Counted from the first letter of the stretch, positions 39,140 to 50,006 are shown. The stretch is 64,000 nt of DNA from an uncultured bacterium (GCA_963705505.1 CAVPJU010000006.1:704001-768000); one strand, 5' to 3'. Notes: a model not told the origin generated them from the letters alone. A program made the numbers and translations.

Positions 39140-40117
39140 ATGGAAAAGATTTATGTCAGCGCTCAGTATCCGGGAGAGCCGCTCGATCGGCTCAAAAAGG
39201 AATATCGCGTAGAGGAATTTTTGGGAGAGCGTCTGCCTACAAGAGCGGAGCTTCTGGAAGGCGCATCGGGCTCTGCGGCTGTCATTGCTACGGTCTCCGA
39301 TCAAATCGACAAAGAGTTCATCGATCTCCTCCCCGGCCTCAGGATAGTGTCCAACTGCGGCGTCGGATACGAAAACATAGACGTTCTGTACGCGACTGAA
39401 AAGGGTGTCATGGTCACAAATACCCCCGATGTACTCACCGAAACCACTGCTGACCTCGCCTGGGCTCTGATGATGTCCGTCGCGCGGCGGGTTATCGAGG
39501 GGGACGATTATGTAAGGGAAGGGAAGTTCAGGTGCTGGCACCCGTCTCTCCTCCTCGGGCAGAATATCTACGGCAAGACACTGGGTATCTACGGTATGGG
39601 AAGGATAGGCGCCGCCGCTGCCAGAAGGGCCGGGGGGTTCGGCATGAGGGTTATATACCACAACAGGAAAAGGAATGAAGTTGCAGAGATGGAGACGGGG
39701 GCTGTCTACGCGGACTTTCCCGAGCTCCTTAAGGAGTCGGATTTTATAATCGTCTCTTCTCCACTTAACAAGGGAACGCGGGGACGTTTCGGGATCGAGG
39801 AGTTCAGGCAAATGAAGCCTACTTCAATTATCGTAAACGTCGGAAGAGGGCCCATCATAAAGGAGAACGAGCTTGCTGAGGCTCTCAGGAACGGACTTAT
39901 ATGGGGAGCCGGCCTCGATGTGTACGAAAATGAGCCCGAAGTCCATCATGAACTACTGAAGCTTAATAATACTGTACTGCTGCCGCACATCGGGAGCGCT
40001 TCCCGGGAAACGAGAGTAAGGATGATAGATATGGCTGTTGAGAGCGTCGAGTTAGCGTTAGGCGGAAAGACCCCCAAGCACCTCGTCAATCCGGAAGTGC
40101 TCGGACGCCTCGGTTAG
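39140..40117 (+). CDS. D-2-hydroxyacid dehydrogenase (glyoxylate reductase/D-glycerate dehydrogenase)
   Basis: NTPDVLTETTAD, GMGRIG, NVGRG, AGLDVYENEP, PHIGSA. Confidence 0.92.
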   Translation: MEKIYVSAQYPGEPLDRLKKEYRVEEFLGERLPTRAELLEGASGSAAVIATVSDQIDKEFIDLLPGLRIVSNCGVGYENIDVLYATEKGVMVTNTPDVLTETTADLAWALMMSVARRVIEGDDYVREGKFRCWHPSLLLGQNIYGKTLGIYGMGRIGAAAARRAGGFGMRVIYHNRKRNEVAEMETGAVYADFPELLKESDFIIVSSPLNKGTRGRFGIEEFRQMKPTSIIVNVGRGPIIKENELAEALRNGLIWGAGLDVYENEPEVHHELLKLNNTVLLPHIGSASRETRVRMIDMAVESVELALGGKTPKHLVNPEVLGRLG

Positions 40118-40177
40118 GCTTTATTCTTTTATATATGGTTATGCCCTTCAGATAAGCTCCCCCCGTCAAAGCCCCCA

Positions 40178-40666
40178 TTACTGGGAGTTAAGGGTCGGGA
40201 ACAGGTTTTTATTCCCGGTGAGCTTCTTGATGGTTTTGAATATGTCGCTTTCCTCGAATTGCGACGGGTGAATCGGCTCCGACTCTTCATCCTCAAAAAG
40301 CCTTTCGTAGGATATGAGCAAAGCCTTCGCTTTGGCGATCTGATGTTTGGGAGATTCCTGCGGGCCGCCTAAGAGTAATTCGATCAATTCCTTTCCTCTG
40401 TCCTCTCCGTATTCTTTGATACCTTCGTCTATGAATTGCTGATAGACCGAATTTCGATTGACGGATAAGTCCCCCTTGTGAGATTCGGAGAATTCGTAGA
40501 TTCCGATTAGCTTGTTGGAGAGGTTTTTTATCCTGTTCATGTCTTCATGGATCAGGTCTATTTTTTCCATGAGACCGGGCAGGTCGTTGTAATCTATATC
40601 GGAGAGATCAAAGCCTCTATAGTTGACAGGAATATCTGAATCGAAGTCATCGAAATTATCTATCAT
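40178..40666 (-). CDS. Acidic hypothetical protein
   Basis: 162 aa ORF with AAGGAGG RBS. Confidence 0.6.
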   Translation of the reverse strand: MIDNFDDFDSDIPVNYRGFDLSDIDYNDLPGLMEKIDLIHEDMNRIKNLSNKLIGIYEFSESHKGDLSVNRNSVYQQFIDEGIKEYGEDRGKELIELLLGGPQESPKHQIAKAKALLISYERLFEDEESEPIHPSQFEESDIFKTIKKLTGNKNLFPTLNSQ

Positions 40667-40788
40667 CCTAACCCTCCTTTTCAGACTTACCTATATAAAA
40701 GTCTATAATTTTTATAACAAGTTTCAAGCCCCTATTTTTATCCGCCTTGTTCCGGGAATCCGGCTAGCCGGCTCTTTTGCCTTCAGTT

Positions 40789-41043
40789 CTAGCTGCTCCC
40801 GTTCTGTTTCTTCGTTTCCTCCTCTTTGGTATCTCCGAATAAGGACTTGAACGGCATCTTTAGTATAAACAAAATAACGGCCGGCCGCAGGAATATGGAC
40901 GCGAACTGCCATATGTCCGCCGGAGTCAGGTAGATTTTCGAATCCCATACGCCCATCTGGCCGCTCAATACCACAAAGTCCCCCTCGACCGATGAGTCGC
41001 TGACCTTAATTTCGAAATCTCCTGCCGGGCTTACAACTTTCAT
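40789..41043 (-). CDS. Small hypothetical protein
   Basis: MKVVSPAGDF start preceded by GGAGG. Confidence 0.55.
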   Translation of the reverse strand: MKVVSPAGDFEIKVSDSSVEGDFVVLSGQMGVWDSKIYLTPADIWQFASIFLRPAVILFILKMPFKSLFGDTKEEETKKQNGSS

Positions 41044-41174
41044 CACGCCTCCGATTGTATCGCAGCTTATGAGATCATAGTCTAAATTATCCCATAAAGC
41101 CCCGGTATTTGCCAGTGGGGACACATAGTGTCGTTTTTAAGGGAGTAAAAGGTGGATCGACTTCTGGTAAGAGC

Positions 41175-42023
41175 TTATTCTATGGCCTTTCTCATCACAT
41201 CTACTGGGGCGTCCCTGCCCGTCCAGATCTCAAAGCTAAGGGCCCCCTGGTAAAGAAGCATGCTGAGCCCCCCGGAAGCTCTGTGTCCCAGTTCCCGCGC
41301 TTTCTTTACAAGGCTCGTCTCCCTGGGCTTGTAAACAAGGTCGTAGACCGCGGCTGATTCTTTGAGGGATTCGAGCGGGACCTCCATCGTTTCGCCTTCC
41401 TCCATTCCGGCGGATGTCGAGTTAACGAGTATGTCCGTTTCCGAAAGGCGGGTTTTTATGGCTCCTTTATCGTCGAGCGCAATCGTTTCTATCTTTATAT
41501 TTTTGAATTGCTTTCCGAATTCAGACGCCAGTTTCAGGGCTTTCTCACGCGTTCTGTTTACTATGCATATGCTTTCAGCACCGTTCATGCAGAAAGCCGA
41601 CATCACCGCCCGGGCTGCCCCGCCCGCACCCAGGAGGAATACATTCGCTCCTTCGGGTTTGGAACCCAGATCCTCCTCAGCCGCCCTCAGGAATCCCCCC
41701 ACATCGGTGTTGTGGCCCGAGAGCTTGCCATCTTCGTTTTTTACAGTATTGACAGCCCCTGTGAGTCTTGCATCGGGAGAAATTTCGTCGAGGTGCGGGA
41801 TTATGCTCTCTTTATGGGGTATGGTGATATTTATACCCTTTATTCCGAGCGTCCTGACCGCATCCGCTGCATGGCCTATTTTTTCAGGACGTATATCGAA
41901 TGCCAGATATACGCAGTCAAGTCCGAGCGCTGCGAAAGCGCTGTTGTGCATTACCGGTGAGAGGCTGTGGGCGACCGGATGACCGAATATGCCGTATATT
42001 TTCGTTGTCGCTTTTACTTCCAT
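41175..42023 (-). CDS. aroE: Shikimate dehydrogenase
   Basis: HSLSPVMHN, NITIPHK, AVNT, NTDVGG, GAGGAARA, MLLYQG. Confidence 0.95.
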   Translation of the reverse strand: MEVKATTKIYGIFGHPVAHSLSPVMHNSAFAALGLDCVYLAFDIRPEKIGHAADAVRTLGIKGINITIPHKESIIPHLDEISPDARLTGAVNTVKNEDGKLSGHNTDVGGFLRAAEEDLGSKPEGANVFLLGAGGAARAVMSAFCMNGAESICIVNRTREKALKLASEFGKQFKNIKIETIALDDKGAIKTRLSETDILVNSTSAGMEEGETMEVPLESLKESAAVYDLVYKPRETSLVKKARELGHRASGGLSMLLYQGALSFEIWTGRDAPVDVMRKAIE

Positions 42024-42065
42024 TTTTCCCCGCGTGTTAAAACATATTAACACTTTATTTCATCA

Positions 42066-42983
42066 CTAAGCGGTCGAGAGGACAATTTTTACATTCTCCA
42101 CGTCCCTCTTTATCTGGGCGATGAGCGAGTCCACATTCTCAAAGCGCTGCTCGTCCCTTATCCTCTCCACGAATTCGAGCCTGAGCCTTTTACCGTAGAT
42201 ATCGGAATTGAAATCGAATATATGAGTCTCTATGAGCAGCTTGTTGTTTCCGAAAGTGGGCCTGTAACCTATGTTCGTGATACTGTCGAATTTTTTATTG
42301 TCTGTATAGGCCCTCGTGGCATAAACACCTGTCTTGGGCAGTATATCCCAGTCTGTATCGAGGTTGGCGGTGGGATACCCGATCTGCCTTCCCCTCTTTT
42401 CTCCCTCGGTTACCTGCCCCTCTATGTAATAGAAATACCCCAGGAATGCTGCGGCCTTTTTCGTGTCGCCCGATTTGAGGAAATTCCTTATAGCGCTGCT
42501 GCTGACGACCTCGTTATCTATGTAAACCGGCCCCAGGACGCTCGTTTCGAAGTCGTAAGTACCACCCATCGTCTTCAAAAGCTCCGAATTGCCTTCCCTT
42601 TTTCGTCCGAATGAAAAATCAGGGCCTACGATCAGGTGCTTCACTTTAAGCTTGCCGACCAGTATCCCGGAGATGAAATCTTTTGCGGAAATTTTTGAAA
42701 TCTCCTCCGTGAACGTGTAGCATGCGACAAAATCTATCCCCTCCTTTTCGAGGAGCCTCAGTCTTTCCCTGATAGGTATAAGGAGTGGGATATCTATATT
42801 CCGGAGGATCTTCTGGGGATGCGGATGAAAGGTTATCACGCAGGAGCTCAAGCCTTTCTTTTCCGCGCTTTCCCTGACCGCGCTCAATATCTTCTTATGG
42901 CCCAGGTGTACGCCGTCGAAGTTCCCGATCGTTGCGGAGGTAGGGTTCTCTATGGGTTCTTCGGGGTTAAAGATCACTTTCAT
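42066..42983 (-). CDS. ribF: Bifunctional riboflavin kinase/FAD synthetase
   Basis: IGNFDGVHLGH, SSSAIR, GYPTAN, ETHIFDF. Confidence 0.95.
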   Translation of the reverse strand: MKVIFNPEEPIENPTSATIGNFDGVHLGHKKILSAVRESAEKKGLSSCVITFHPHPQKILRNIDIPLLIPIRERLRLLEKEGIDFVACYTFTEEISKISAKDFISGILVGKLKVKHLIVGPDFSFGRKREGNSELLKTMGGTYDFETSVLGPVYIDNEVVSSSAIRNFLKSGDTKKAAAFLGYFYYIEGQVTEGEKRGRQIGYPTANLDTDWDILPKTGVYATRAYTDNKKFDSITNIGYRPTFGNNKLLIETHIFDFNSDIYGKRLRLEFVERIRDEQRFENVDSLIAQIKRDVENVKIVLSTA

Positions 42984-43237
42984 TTTATCAAAACCGGGAC
43001 CGCGGAGGGATTCATGCGGGTAAGGATGTCGCCCCTTGCAGATGGGCACTTTTTGAGAGTTTATAATGGCGCTAATCTCCTTCATGCCTTTCATGTCTAT
43101 TCGGGAAATTATTTAAAATCAGCGGTATTTATGATTTTTCCTGATCTATAAACGTCCTGAATATTACCATAACATATTCAAAGTAAAAGCATTTATAAAT
43201 ACCGGAGACAGCGGCAATCGGGCGGCAAATTACACTT

Positions 43238-44002
43238 TCAGGGAGCGGCTACCGGCCCGGGCGCACGGTTTTTGGCCTTCCACAGAATTACAATCCCCGT
43301 TACGACCAGTACGACTGACATGATCTGGGCCTGTGATATGCCGGGGATGAAGCTCGGCGTGGTGTGGCGGAGGAACTCCACTAAGAATCTCTGGACGCCT
43401 AAAATAATGAATGTGACGGCCGTCATCCAGCCGGTGGGGAAGCTCTTCTTGCGTATGCTCCAGAGCACTGCGAATAGTATCACCATGCAGATCGTATCGT
43501 ATATCTGAGTGGGGTGTACGGCTTCGATAGTCGGCGGGGAGCCTTCCGGAAAGGACATCGCCCAGGGAAGGTCGGAAGGGATTCCGTAGTCGTCCCCGAC
43601 GAGCAGGCATCCTATTCTGCCAACTGCATATGCTATGACTATGAGCGGGCACATAGTGTCTGTGACGGTTAAAAAACTGATCCGTTTCATCTGAGTCGCA
43701 AGCCACACGAGTATTAATACCCCGAAAAAGCCCCCGAAGGAGGTGAAACCGGACGCGAGGTACCTGACGGGGTCGGCAATAAAGTTTGTTATGGGGACCT
43801 GCTGGTAGAGGAACAAAATTTTCGCGCCGCCTAGTCCGCCTACAACGCAGGCTATGAGCAGCAAATCCACGAGGTTGCCGTTTAAACCTTTCCTCTTGAA
43901 TTCGGATTCCCCCAATATGTATGCGACAAGAAAGGCGATGAGGACCATCACCGAGAAGGAAGAAACCGACACGTCGCCTATTCTGAAAAGAACGGGATAC
44001 AT
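43238..44002 (-). CDS. lgt: Prolipoprotein diacylglyceryl transferase
   Basis: MYPVLF, GRIGC, HPTQIY, RFLVEFLR. Confidence 0.9.
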   Translation of the reverse strand: MYPVLFRIGDVSVSSFSVMVLIAFLVAYILGESEFKRKGLNGNLVDLLLIACVVGGLGGAKILFLYQQVPITNFIADPVRYLASGFTSFGGFFGVLILVWLATQMKRISFLTVTDTMCPLIVIAYAVGRIGCLLVGDDYGIPSDLPWAMSFPEGSPPTIEAVHPTQIYDTICMVILFAVLWSIRKKSFPTGWMTAVTFIILGVQRFLVEFLRHTTPSFIPGISQAQIMSVVLVVTGIVILWKAKNRAPGPVAAP

Positions 44003-44202
44003 TATTCACTCCCATTTGCAATATTGGCAGATAAGTCTTACACGGTTTGGCCCCGTCTGCAAACGCCTTCTTGTCGAGTTAAGTGACTCGGGAAACGAGC
44101 GTATCGGGGTTTGAATGGTGTCGGGCATCCGATAATTGCGCCCTCCGGAAATAGTACTTATCCGAAGCCGGCGAGCGGAGACCTGTGGTAATTTATTAAG
44201 CC

Positions 44203-46005
44203 ATGCGTATGTATTCGCTGTCTTTGATTCTATCCCTTTTGATGCTCACGCCGTCTCTTGCGGATGAGGCTCATCCCGGCGACGTCGGGAAGGGCATAAA
44301 CTCTGAGGACATCATGACCCACGTGCGGTATCTCTCTTCGGACGAGCTCGAGGGGCGTATGACCGGCGAAAAGGGCTGCGTGATGGCGGCCGGCTATATC
44401 GCCGGTCATTTCCAGGAAGCAGGTCTCAAGCCCCTCGGGGACGGCGGGACATACTTTCAAAATTTTCCGCTGCCCGAAAGAGTAGTTCCGGGAAAGTTCA
44501 ATTCGCTCGCGGTAATTACGAAAGGTGTGAGGGAGAAGCTTGAAATGGGCCGGGATTTCTTTCCGCTCGATATTTCCGCTAACGGCTTTTCTTCGGGAGG
44601 ATTGGTATTCGTCGGATACGGGATCAGCGCCCCTGAGCTCGGCTACGATGATTATGAGGGGCTGGATGTCAGGGGCAAAATCGTGCTTGCGCTCAGGAGC
44701 GCTCCCCGGGATATGGATTACAGGAGCCATTTCTATGATTACGCCTCTCTCCGGTATAAGGCAACTAATGCAGGAGAAAAAGGGGCAAGCGGGATAATAT
44801 TGATAACCCCGGCTTCTCAGGATGAGGAGGGGGATATGGGAAGCGCAGCCTTTGAGCCCTCACCCGGGAATGCGGGTATAGAGGCGGTGATTATCAGAAG
44901 GGAAAAAGCGGAGGAAATCTTGCGCTCGTCGGGAAAACACCTCGATGATTTGGAGAGGCTCCTCTCCCAAAGGAAAAACGCCTCGTTCGCGATTCCGGAT
45001 TCGCGGGCGCAGATACGGACGGAGCTCGTAACGGTTGCAGGCGGGAGTGCAAACGTGCTGGGAATCCTGGAGGGAAGCGACCCCGTGCTTAAAAAAGAGG
45101 TGATAGTGATAGGCGCGCATTACGACCATCTGGGGAACGGGGAAACGTATGGCAGCTACGGGGAAGAAAAGGGCAAGATTTATAACGGGGCCGACGACAA
45201 CGCTTCGGGTGTGGCGGGCCTCCTGGAATTGAGCAGATATTTTGCCCACAACAGAGCCGCGATAAAGAGGAGTCTTCTTTTTATAGCGTTTTCGGGAGAG
45301 GAGATCGGCCTCCTCGGGTCCTCATATTATATCGAGCATCCGGAGATACCCTCCGGTAATACGATAGCGATGATAAATATGGATATGATAGGGCGTCTCA
45401 GCGGAAACAAGCTCATGGTCTTGGGCGTCGGATCGGGCGAAGGGTGGGAAAGCCTCATTAATAAAGCGAATTCGGGCATCGGCTTAAATATAAGCTTCAC
45501 GGAATCGGCGTTCGGACCGAGCGATCAGACTGCTTTTTATACTGACAATGTGCCTGCGATTCAGTTTTTTACCGGACTCCATGAGGACTATCACACGCCA
45601 AACGATGACTGGCAGAGGATAAACCCCGAGGGTGAGGATAGGGTCCTAGACCTCATTGCCAATCTCGTTACGGAGCTCGCCAATAACCGCGAGAAGATCG
45701 CGTTTTCGGGGGAGCGGAGAACGGATCAAGGGCCGCCCGGAATCAACGTCTATCTGGGTACGGTGCCCGATTACACGAGCCGTGAAAAAGGAGTCAGGCT
45801 CTCGGCTGTCAGGAAAGGGAGTCCGGCGGATAGAGCGGGGCTCGCGGCCGGTGACACGATTATGGAGTACGGCGGCAAGACAATTGAGAACGTTTATGAT
45901 TACCTCCATGCCATGGAGGTATCGGGACCCGGCGTCCCTGTCGACCTGGTCATAATCAGGAATGGGAGGCGAATGACAATTAGAGCCGTACCGGAGCACC
46001 GTTAA
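44203..46005 (+). CDS. M28-family aminopeptidase with PA and PDZ domains
   Basis: Signal peptide, GAHYDH, GADDNASG, GEEIGLLGS, YHTPND, C-terminal PDZ. Confidence 0.9.
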   Translation: MRMYSLSLILSLLMLTPSLADEAHPGDVGKGINSEDIMTHVRYLSSDELEGRMTGEKGCVMAAGYIAGHFQEAGLKPLGDGGTYFQNFPLPERVVPGKFNSLAVITKGVREKLEMGRDFFPLDISANGFSSGGLVFVGYGISAPELGYDDYEGLDVRGKIVLALRSAPRDMDYRSHFYDYASLRYKATNAGEKGASGIILITPASQDEEGDMGSAAFEPSPGNAGIEAVIIRREKAEEILRSSGKHLDDLERLLSQRKNASFAIPDSRAQIRTELVTVAGGSANVLGILEGSDPVLKKEVIVIGAHYDHLGNGETYGSYGEEKGKIYNGADDNASGVAGLLELSRYFAHNRAAIKRSLLFIAFSGEEIGLLGSSYYIEHPEIPSGNTIAMINMDMIGRLSGNKLMVLGVGSGEGWESLINKANSGIGLNISFTESAFGPSDQTAFYTDNVPAIQFFTGLHEDYHTPNDDWQRINPEGEDRVLDLIANLVTELANNREKIAFSGERRTDQGPPGINVYLGTVPDYTSREKGVRLSAVRKGSPADRAGLAAGDTIMEYGGKTIENVYDYLHAMEVSGPGVPVDLVIIRNGRRMTIRAVPEHR

Positions 46006-46105
46006 AGAAGGAGAGGGTTGGAGACGCCTCTTGTACTAAATCTTCGTTTGGGGGACCTGATAAGGGATACATTATTCCGGCTGTCCGACTAAGGCGAAAA
46101 TATTC

Positions 46106-46687
46106 TCAGGGCTTCCAGGGCGAATGATCTATGTCGTGGATGATATCGAGAGAATATGCCACAGAGCGTGAGAGCTTCTCCCCGTACTCTTCGATCCATT
46201 CGGGCGGTGCGTACGTGTAGAAGTGATTGAGGGTCATCCACTCGCCTCCGCTCATTATTCCGCCGTCCTCGACGCTCACGAGGAATGCAGTCATGTCCCC
46301 TCCGTCCATCGCGTTAATCACCCGGCACTCGGCGTAGGAGTGAGCTTCTGCGAGTACGGGGCTTCCCGTAACGCCCGTCCTGTACTCTACGTTCTCGAAC
46401 TTATTTCGCTCCCTTCCCGTATAGAATCCGAAATTTTTTACAAGGCTCACCTGGTCGGGTTTGAGGAGGTGGATCGTGAACGCCCTGCTGTTTATGATGA
46501 ATTGGTGTGTGTAGTTGCCCTTCCATATCCCGACGAGGAGCCTCGGAACGGAATGGACTATAGAGGACGTGACCGCCGTTACGGCCACCTGTCCGTTCGG
46601 TTTCCCCTCCCAGGAGCTCGTGATTACGACCACGGGCGAAAGCGACCAGAATGCTCCGGCCACAGCCGAACCCTCTTCTTTGCTCAT
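46106..46687 (-). CDS. Flavin reductase-like FMN-binding protein
   Basis: VVVITS...NGQ, FGFYTGRERNKF, GSPVL. Confidence 0.85.
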   Translation of the reverse strand: MSKEEGSAVAGAFWSLSPVVVITSSWEGKPNGQVAVTAVTSSIVHSVPRLLVGIWKGNYTHQFIINSRAFTIHLLKPDQVSLVKNFGFYTGRERNKFENVEYRTGVTGSPVLAEAHSYAECRVINAMDGGDMTAFLVSVEDGGIMSGGEWMTLNHFYTYAPPEWIEEYGEKLSRSVAYSLDIIHDIDHSPWKP

Positions 46688-46763
46688 TGCCCTTTCCTTT
46701 CACTGATTCTTTATTTTGAAGGCCGGTTTTATCTTAATGAGGCGGATAAGCGTTCGCCCATAT

Positions 46764-47552
46764 TTACCATTGAAATCCGATGACGACCTGACCGCTTACG
46801 AGAGGGCCGATGTTTACCTTGTCCTGGTCGGGGATAATTATCCTCATCGGGTTTACAACGTAACCGAGAGCGTTCAGAAATCCGCTGTTTCTGGAGATGA
46901 GCCAGTTGGACGTTTCTTCGAGCACGATGCCCGCGGGAACGCCTATTCCTGGCGTGATCACCATGTCGTGTATTGAAGGGGACTGTATGACCCCCTCTAT
47001 CGTATATTCGAAAAGTGTGCTCAGGACGGCTGATCCGAAGGCGGATGTAAAACGGTCATAGCCCTTGGCGCGGTAGTAAAGATAAGTGTAAGCTCCGAAA
47101 GCGGGATGAGCCACCCAGTTTGTTTTGAACCTGTCACCGTCCTTCCACTCGAAATCGCCCCTTCTCCTTCCGTCATTCTGGAATCCGAAGAAGTTCTTCC
47201 ACCACCTTATGGGATTTATGATTATTTGCTCTTCCTTCATGCTGTTATCGAGCATGTTCACCTGTGCTATACGGATGAGCCAGAGAGTGAAATAGACGTT
47301 GCGTGTGTTTTGCAGAAAATCCCCGAAGTCTGCGAGCGACTTCCTTTCGGCTTCTTTCTCGAGGGTAATATCCGGTTTTTTGTATTCGTTTATGTCAATA
47401 AACACCGAATCGTTAACAGGGGTTAACGGCATCATCATATCTTCATTGTCTATTGTTCCCGAGCGTGCGGAATCGTTCTGCAGCATTATCAGGGACACCT
47501 GAATAATCAGAAATACTTTTATAAAAGCCGGAATTTTTACAGGACGGTTCAT
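46764..47552 (-). CDS. DUF3943-like exported/outer-membrane protein
   Basis: DGDRFKTNWVAHP, FEYTIE, PSIHDMVITP; C-terminal W. Confidence 0.7.
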   Translation of the reverse strand: MNRPVKIPAFIKVFLIIQVSLIMLQNDSARSGTIDNEDMMMPLTPVNDSVFIDINEYKKPDITLEKEAERKSLADFGDFLQNTRNVYFTLWLIRIAQVNMLDNSMKEEQIIINPIRWWKNFFGFQNDGRRRGDFEWKDGDRFKTNWVAHPAFGAYTYLYYRAKGYDRFTSAFGSAVLSTLFEYTIEGVIQSPSIHDMVITPGIGVPAGIVLEETSNWLISRNSGFLNALGYVVNPMRIIIPDQDKVNIGPLVSGQVVIGFQW

Positions 47553-47732
47553 TCATCCCTCGCGTTTTTAATAATAACATCCGGCGGCGCGTTTTGGTAG
47601 CGATTATTTGCTTTAAAAATTCTCCTTTTTTATTTGAGATTTAATGCATTTTTGATTAAAATCTCTTGACTTAACAACCAAAATAATGTAATTATCTCAG
47701 GTATAAGTTTCATTTCAATCAGGAGGAGCTTA

Positions 47733-48431
47733 ATGGAAAGGCTGTGGTTTACTGCTGTTAGCATTTGTTTTGTAATTACGTTAATGTTTGCGGTTAGTTG
47801 CGGATCGAATCTAGATAAAGAGATGGCTGATGCCGAAGCTGCCCTCCAGGCGGCAAAAGACGCAGGCGCAGAGGGGCTGCCCGAATATCAGGCTGCCGAA
47901 GATTTGATTGAAAAAGCAAAGGAAATGATGGCAGCGGGAAACAAAGACGCCGCCCGCCAGCTTTTGGAAGAAGCGAGGTTTAAGGCTATAGAGGCAGAGG
48001 GAAAAGCAAAAAATCAAGCTTATGCGCAGACGGCCAATGAAGAGAGTTTGCAAAATTTGAGCCCGGCAGGCTCGCAGTACGGTTTAGTAGATATATACTT
48101 TGACTATGACCAATCTTCTGTAAGAATTGATGCAAAACCCGTACTTGATCAAAATGCAAGTATAATTAAGAGCAGCGGGGATAAGTTTCAGGTTGTTGTG
48201 ATAGAAGGTTACTGTGACATACGAGGCACGGAGGAATATAACTTAGCACTAGGTCAGAGGAGAGCCGAATCCGCTGCGAACTATCTAGTCGGACTCGGGG
48301 TTTCGCCTTCTAAGGTTCAGGCTATTAGCAAAGGGGAAACCGAACAGTTCGCGGCAGGGACGACCGAATCCGATTATCAGCAGAACAGAAGGGCGCATTT
48401 CGTTCCGGCGGTTGCTTCTCCGAGTTTCTAG
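47733..48431 (+). CDS. Pal-like OmpA-domain lipoprotein with an N-terminal DUF4398-like helical domain
   Basis: Lipobox AVSC; IYFDYD, IEGYCDIRGT, YNLALGQRRA, NRRAHF. Confidence 0.85.
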   Translation: MERLWFTAVSICFVITLMFAVSCGSNLDKEMADAEAALQAAKDAGAEGLPEYQAAEDLIEKAKEMMAAGNKDAARQLLEEARFKAIEAEGKAKNQAYAQTANEESLQNLSPAGSQYGLVDIYFDYDQSSVRIDAKPVLDQNASIIKSSGDKFQVVVIEGYCDIRGTEEYNLALGQRRAESAANYLVGLGVSPSKVQAISKGETEQFAAGTTESDYQQNRRAHFVPAVASPSF

Positions 48432-48440
48432 GTATGATCT

Positions 48441-49175
48441 ATGACCGCTAAAGTTATAAATCTTATACTGGTGGTGATTTCTATTATGTCTCTAGGTTGT
48501 GTGGCTACTCAGGGCGATGTCAGCAGCGTTTACGCTCGTCAGACGAGGCTTGAAGCCAAAGTGGAGAGATTGTCTAATCAAGTGAATACGATGAGTCAGA
48601 AAGAGACGACGACCACCGGGACCGATGTCGAATTAAGAGAGAAGGTTTATCAGCTTGAAGCCCAGCTGGAACAGTTAAACCAGTCTTATTCGAAGCTGGA
48701 ATCGAAAGTCAGCCAGCTGAGCCTGGGCTCTCCGCCGCCTTCGTCTGAGGCAGGGCCCCAGATGTCCACGCCCTCCGAAACGGCTTCCGTCAATAGCGAA
48801 GAGGCTTTATTCAACGAAGGGTACACGGAGCTTAGTGAAGGGAATTACGACGGTTCAAGGACGAAGTTCAAGGAATTCTTGTCCAAATACCCCAAATCCC
48901 CGAAGTCCAATGACGCTACGTACTGGATTGCGGAATCTTATTACAGGGGAGGGGAATTCGAAGAATCGATTCTTGAATACCAGAAGTTTATAGATACTTA
49001 TCCCAAGGACGGAAGGGTACCTCTTGCATATTTGAAACAGGGCCTTTCTTTGGTTGAAATCGGCAAGCAGGAAGAGGCTAAATTGTTCTTCCAGACACTG
49101 ATAGATAAGTATCCGAATTCCGACGAAGCTAAAACAGCAAAAGAAAAAATTTCGGAACTTGCAGTTGAGCGTTAA
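48441..49175 (+). CDS. cpoB: Tol-Pal system protein YbgF/CpoB (coiled coil plus TPR)
   Basis: Lipobox, coiled coil, ATYWIAESYY, AYLKQG, LIDKYPNSDEA; follows a pal-like gene. Confidence 0.85.
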   Translation: MTAKVINLILVVISIMSLGCVATQGDVSSVYARQTRLEAKVERLSNQVNTMSQKETTTTGTDVELREKVYQLEAQLEQLNQSYSKLESKVSQLSLGSPPPSSEAGPQMSTPSETASVNSEEALFNEGYTELSEGNYDGSRTKFKEFLSKYPKSPKSNDATYWIAESYYRGGEFEESILEYQKFIDTYPKDGRVPLAYLKQGLSLVEIGKQEEAKLFFQTLIDKYPNSDEAKTAKEKISELAVER

Positions 49176-49235
49176 ACTGTTTATTATTATGTACTCGTTA
49201 AGTACTCAAAAAACTCTTAAAGGAGGTGCAGTAGA

Positions 49236-50006
49236 ATGAAAAGGGATAAGCAAATTATGTTTTTGGGTCTTCCCTTATTAGTTGTTGCATTGCTCTATTT
49301 AGCTAGCTGCGCGACACCCCCGCCGACTAAAGAGCTTGCAGCTGCTGAATCGGCAACAGCTGAAGCGAAAGCTACTTGTGAGCAATGTAAGCAGAGAGTC
49401 TGCGGCGATGATCCTACAAGGGGCGATTATTGCGGAGCGCCTTGTGGTGAAGATGAGCTAGCAGCTGCTGAATCGGCATTGGCTAAGGGTAAAGCTCTGG
49501 CAACTGAATTCTGCAGTGAGCTCGAAGCTCGCAGAATGCTTATCGATGCCAAGGCAAAGGCTGATGAAGCGAAATTAAAATGTGCAGTACCACCACCCCC
49601 GCCGCCACCGCCACCGCCGCCACCCGCACCTGAACTCAAGGATATTTTCTTTGATTTCGATAAGTACAACATCAGGCCGGATGCTGCGTCGGTGCTAGAA
49701 GAAAATGCGGCTACCTTACAGGCGGACGCGAATCTGACTGTAATGATTGAAGGGTATGCGGATATCAGGGGTACACCTGCATACAACTTGAAGCTTGCTC
49801 AGAGAAGGGCCGACTCTACGAAGGCGTTTCTTGTCCAGCTGGGAATCGATCCTGCCAGGATAACAACAGCAAGCGGTGGTGAAACAACACAGTTCGGTGC
49901 GGGAACGACCGAAGAAGCCTATCAGCTTAACAGAAGGGCTCACTTCGTAGTAACATCGCCGACTGCAAAAGTAGGTGCAAGACTTATATTTCAGTACGCT
50001 AACTAA
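49236..50006 (+). CDS. Second Pal-like OmpA-domain lipoprotein with a Cys-rich N-domain and poly-Pro linker
   Basis: Lipobox LASC; 7 further Cys; 12 consecutive Pro; IFFDFD, IEGYADIRGT, NRRAHF. Confidence 0.85.
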   Translation: MKRDKQIMFLGLPLLVVALLYLASCATPPPTKELAAAESATAEAKATCEQCKQRVCGDDPTRGDYCGAPCGEDELAAAESALAKGKALATEFCSELEARRMLIDAKAKADEAKLKCAVPPPPPPPPPPPPAPELKDIFFDFDKYNIRPDAASVLEENAATLQADANLTVMIEGYADIRGTPAYNLKLAQRRADSTKAFLVQLGIDPARITTASGGETTQFGAGTTEEAYQLNRRAHFVVTSPTAKVGARLIFQYAN

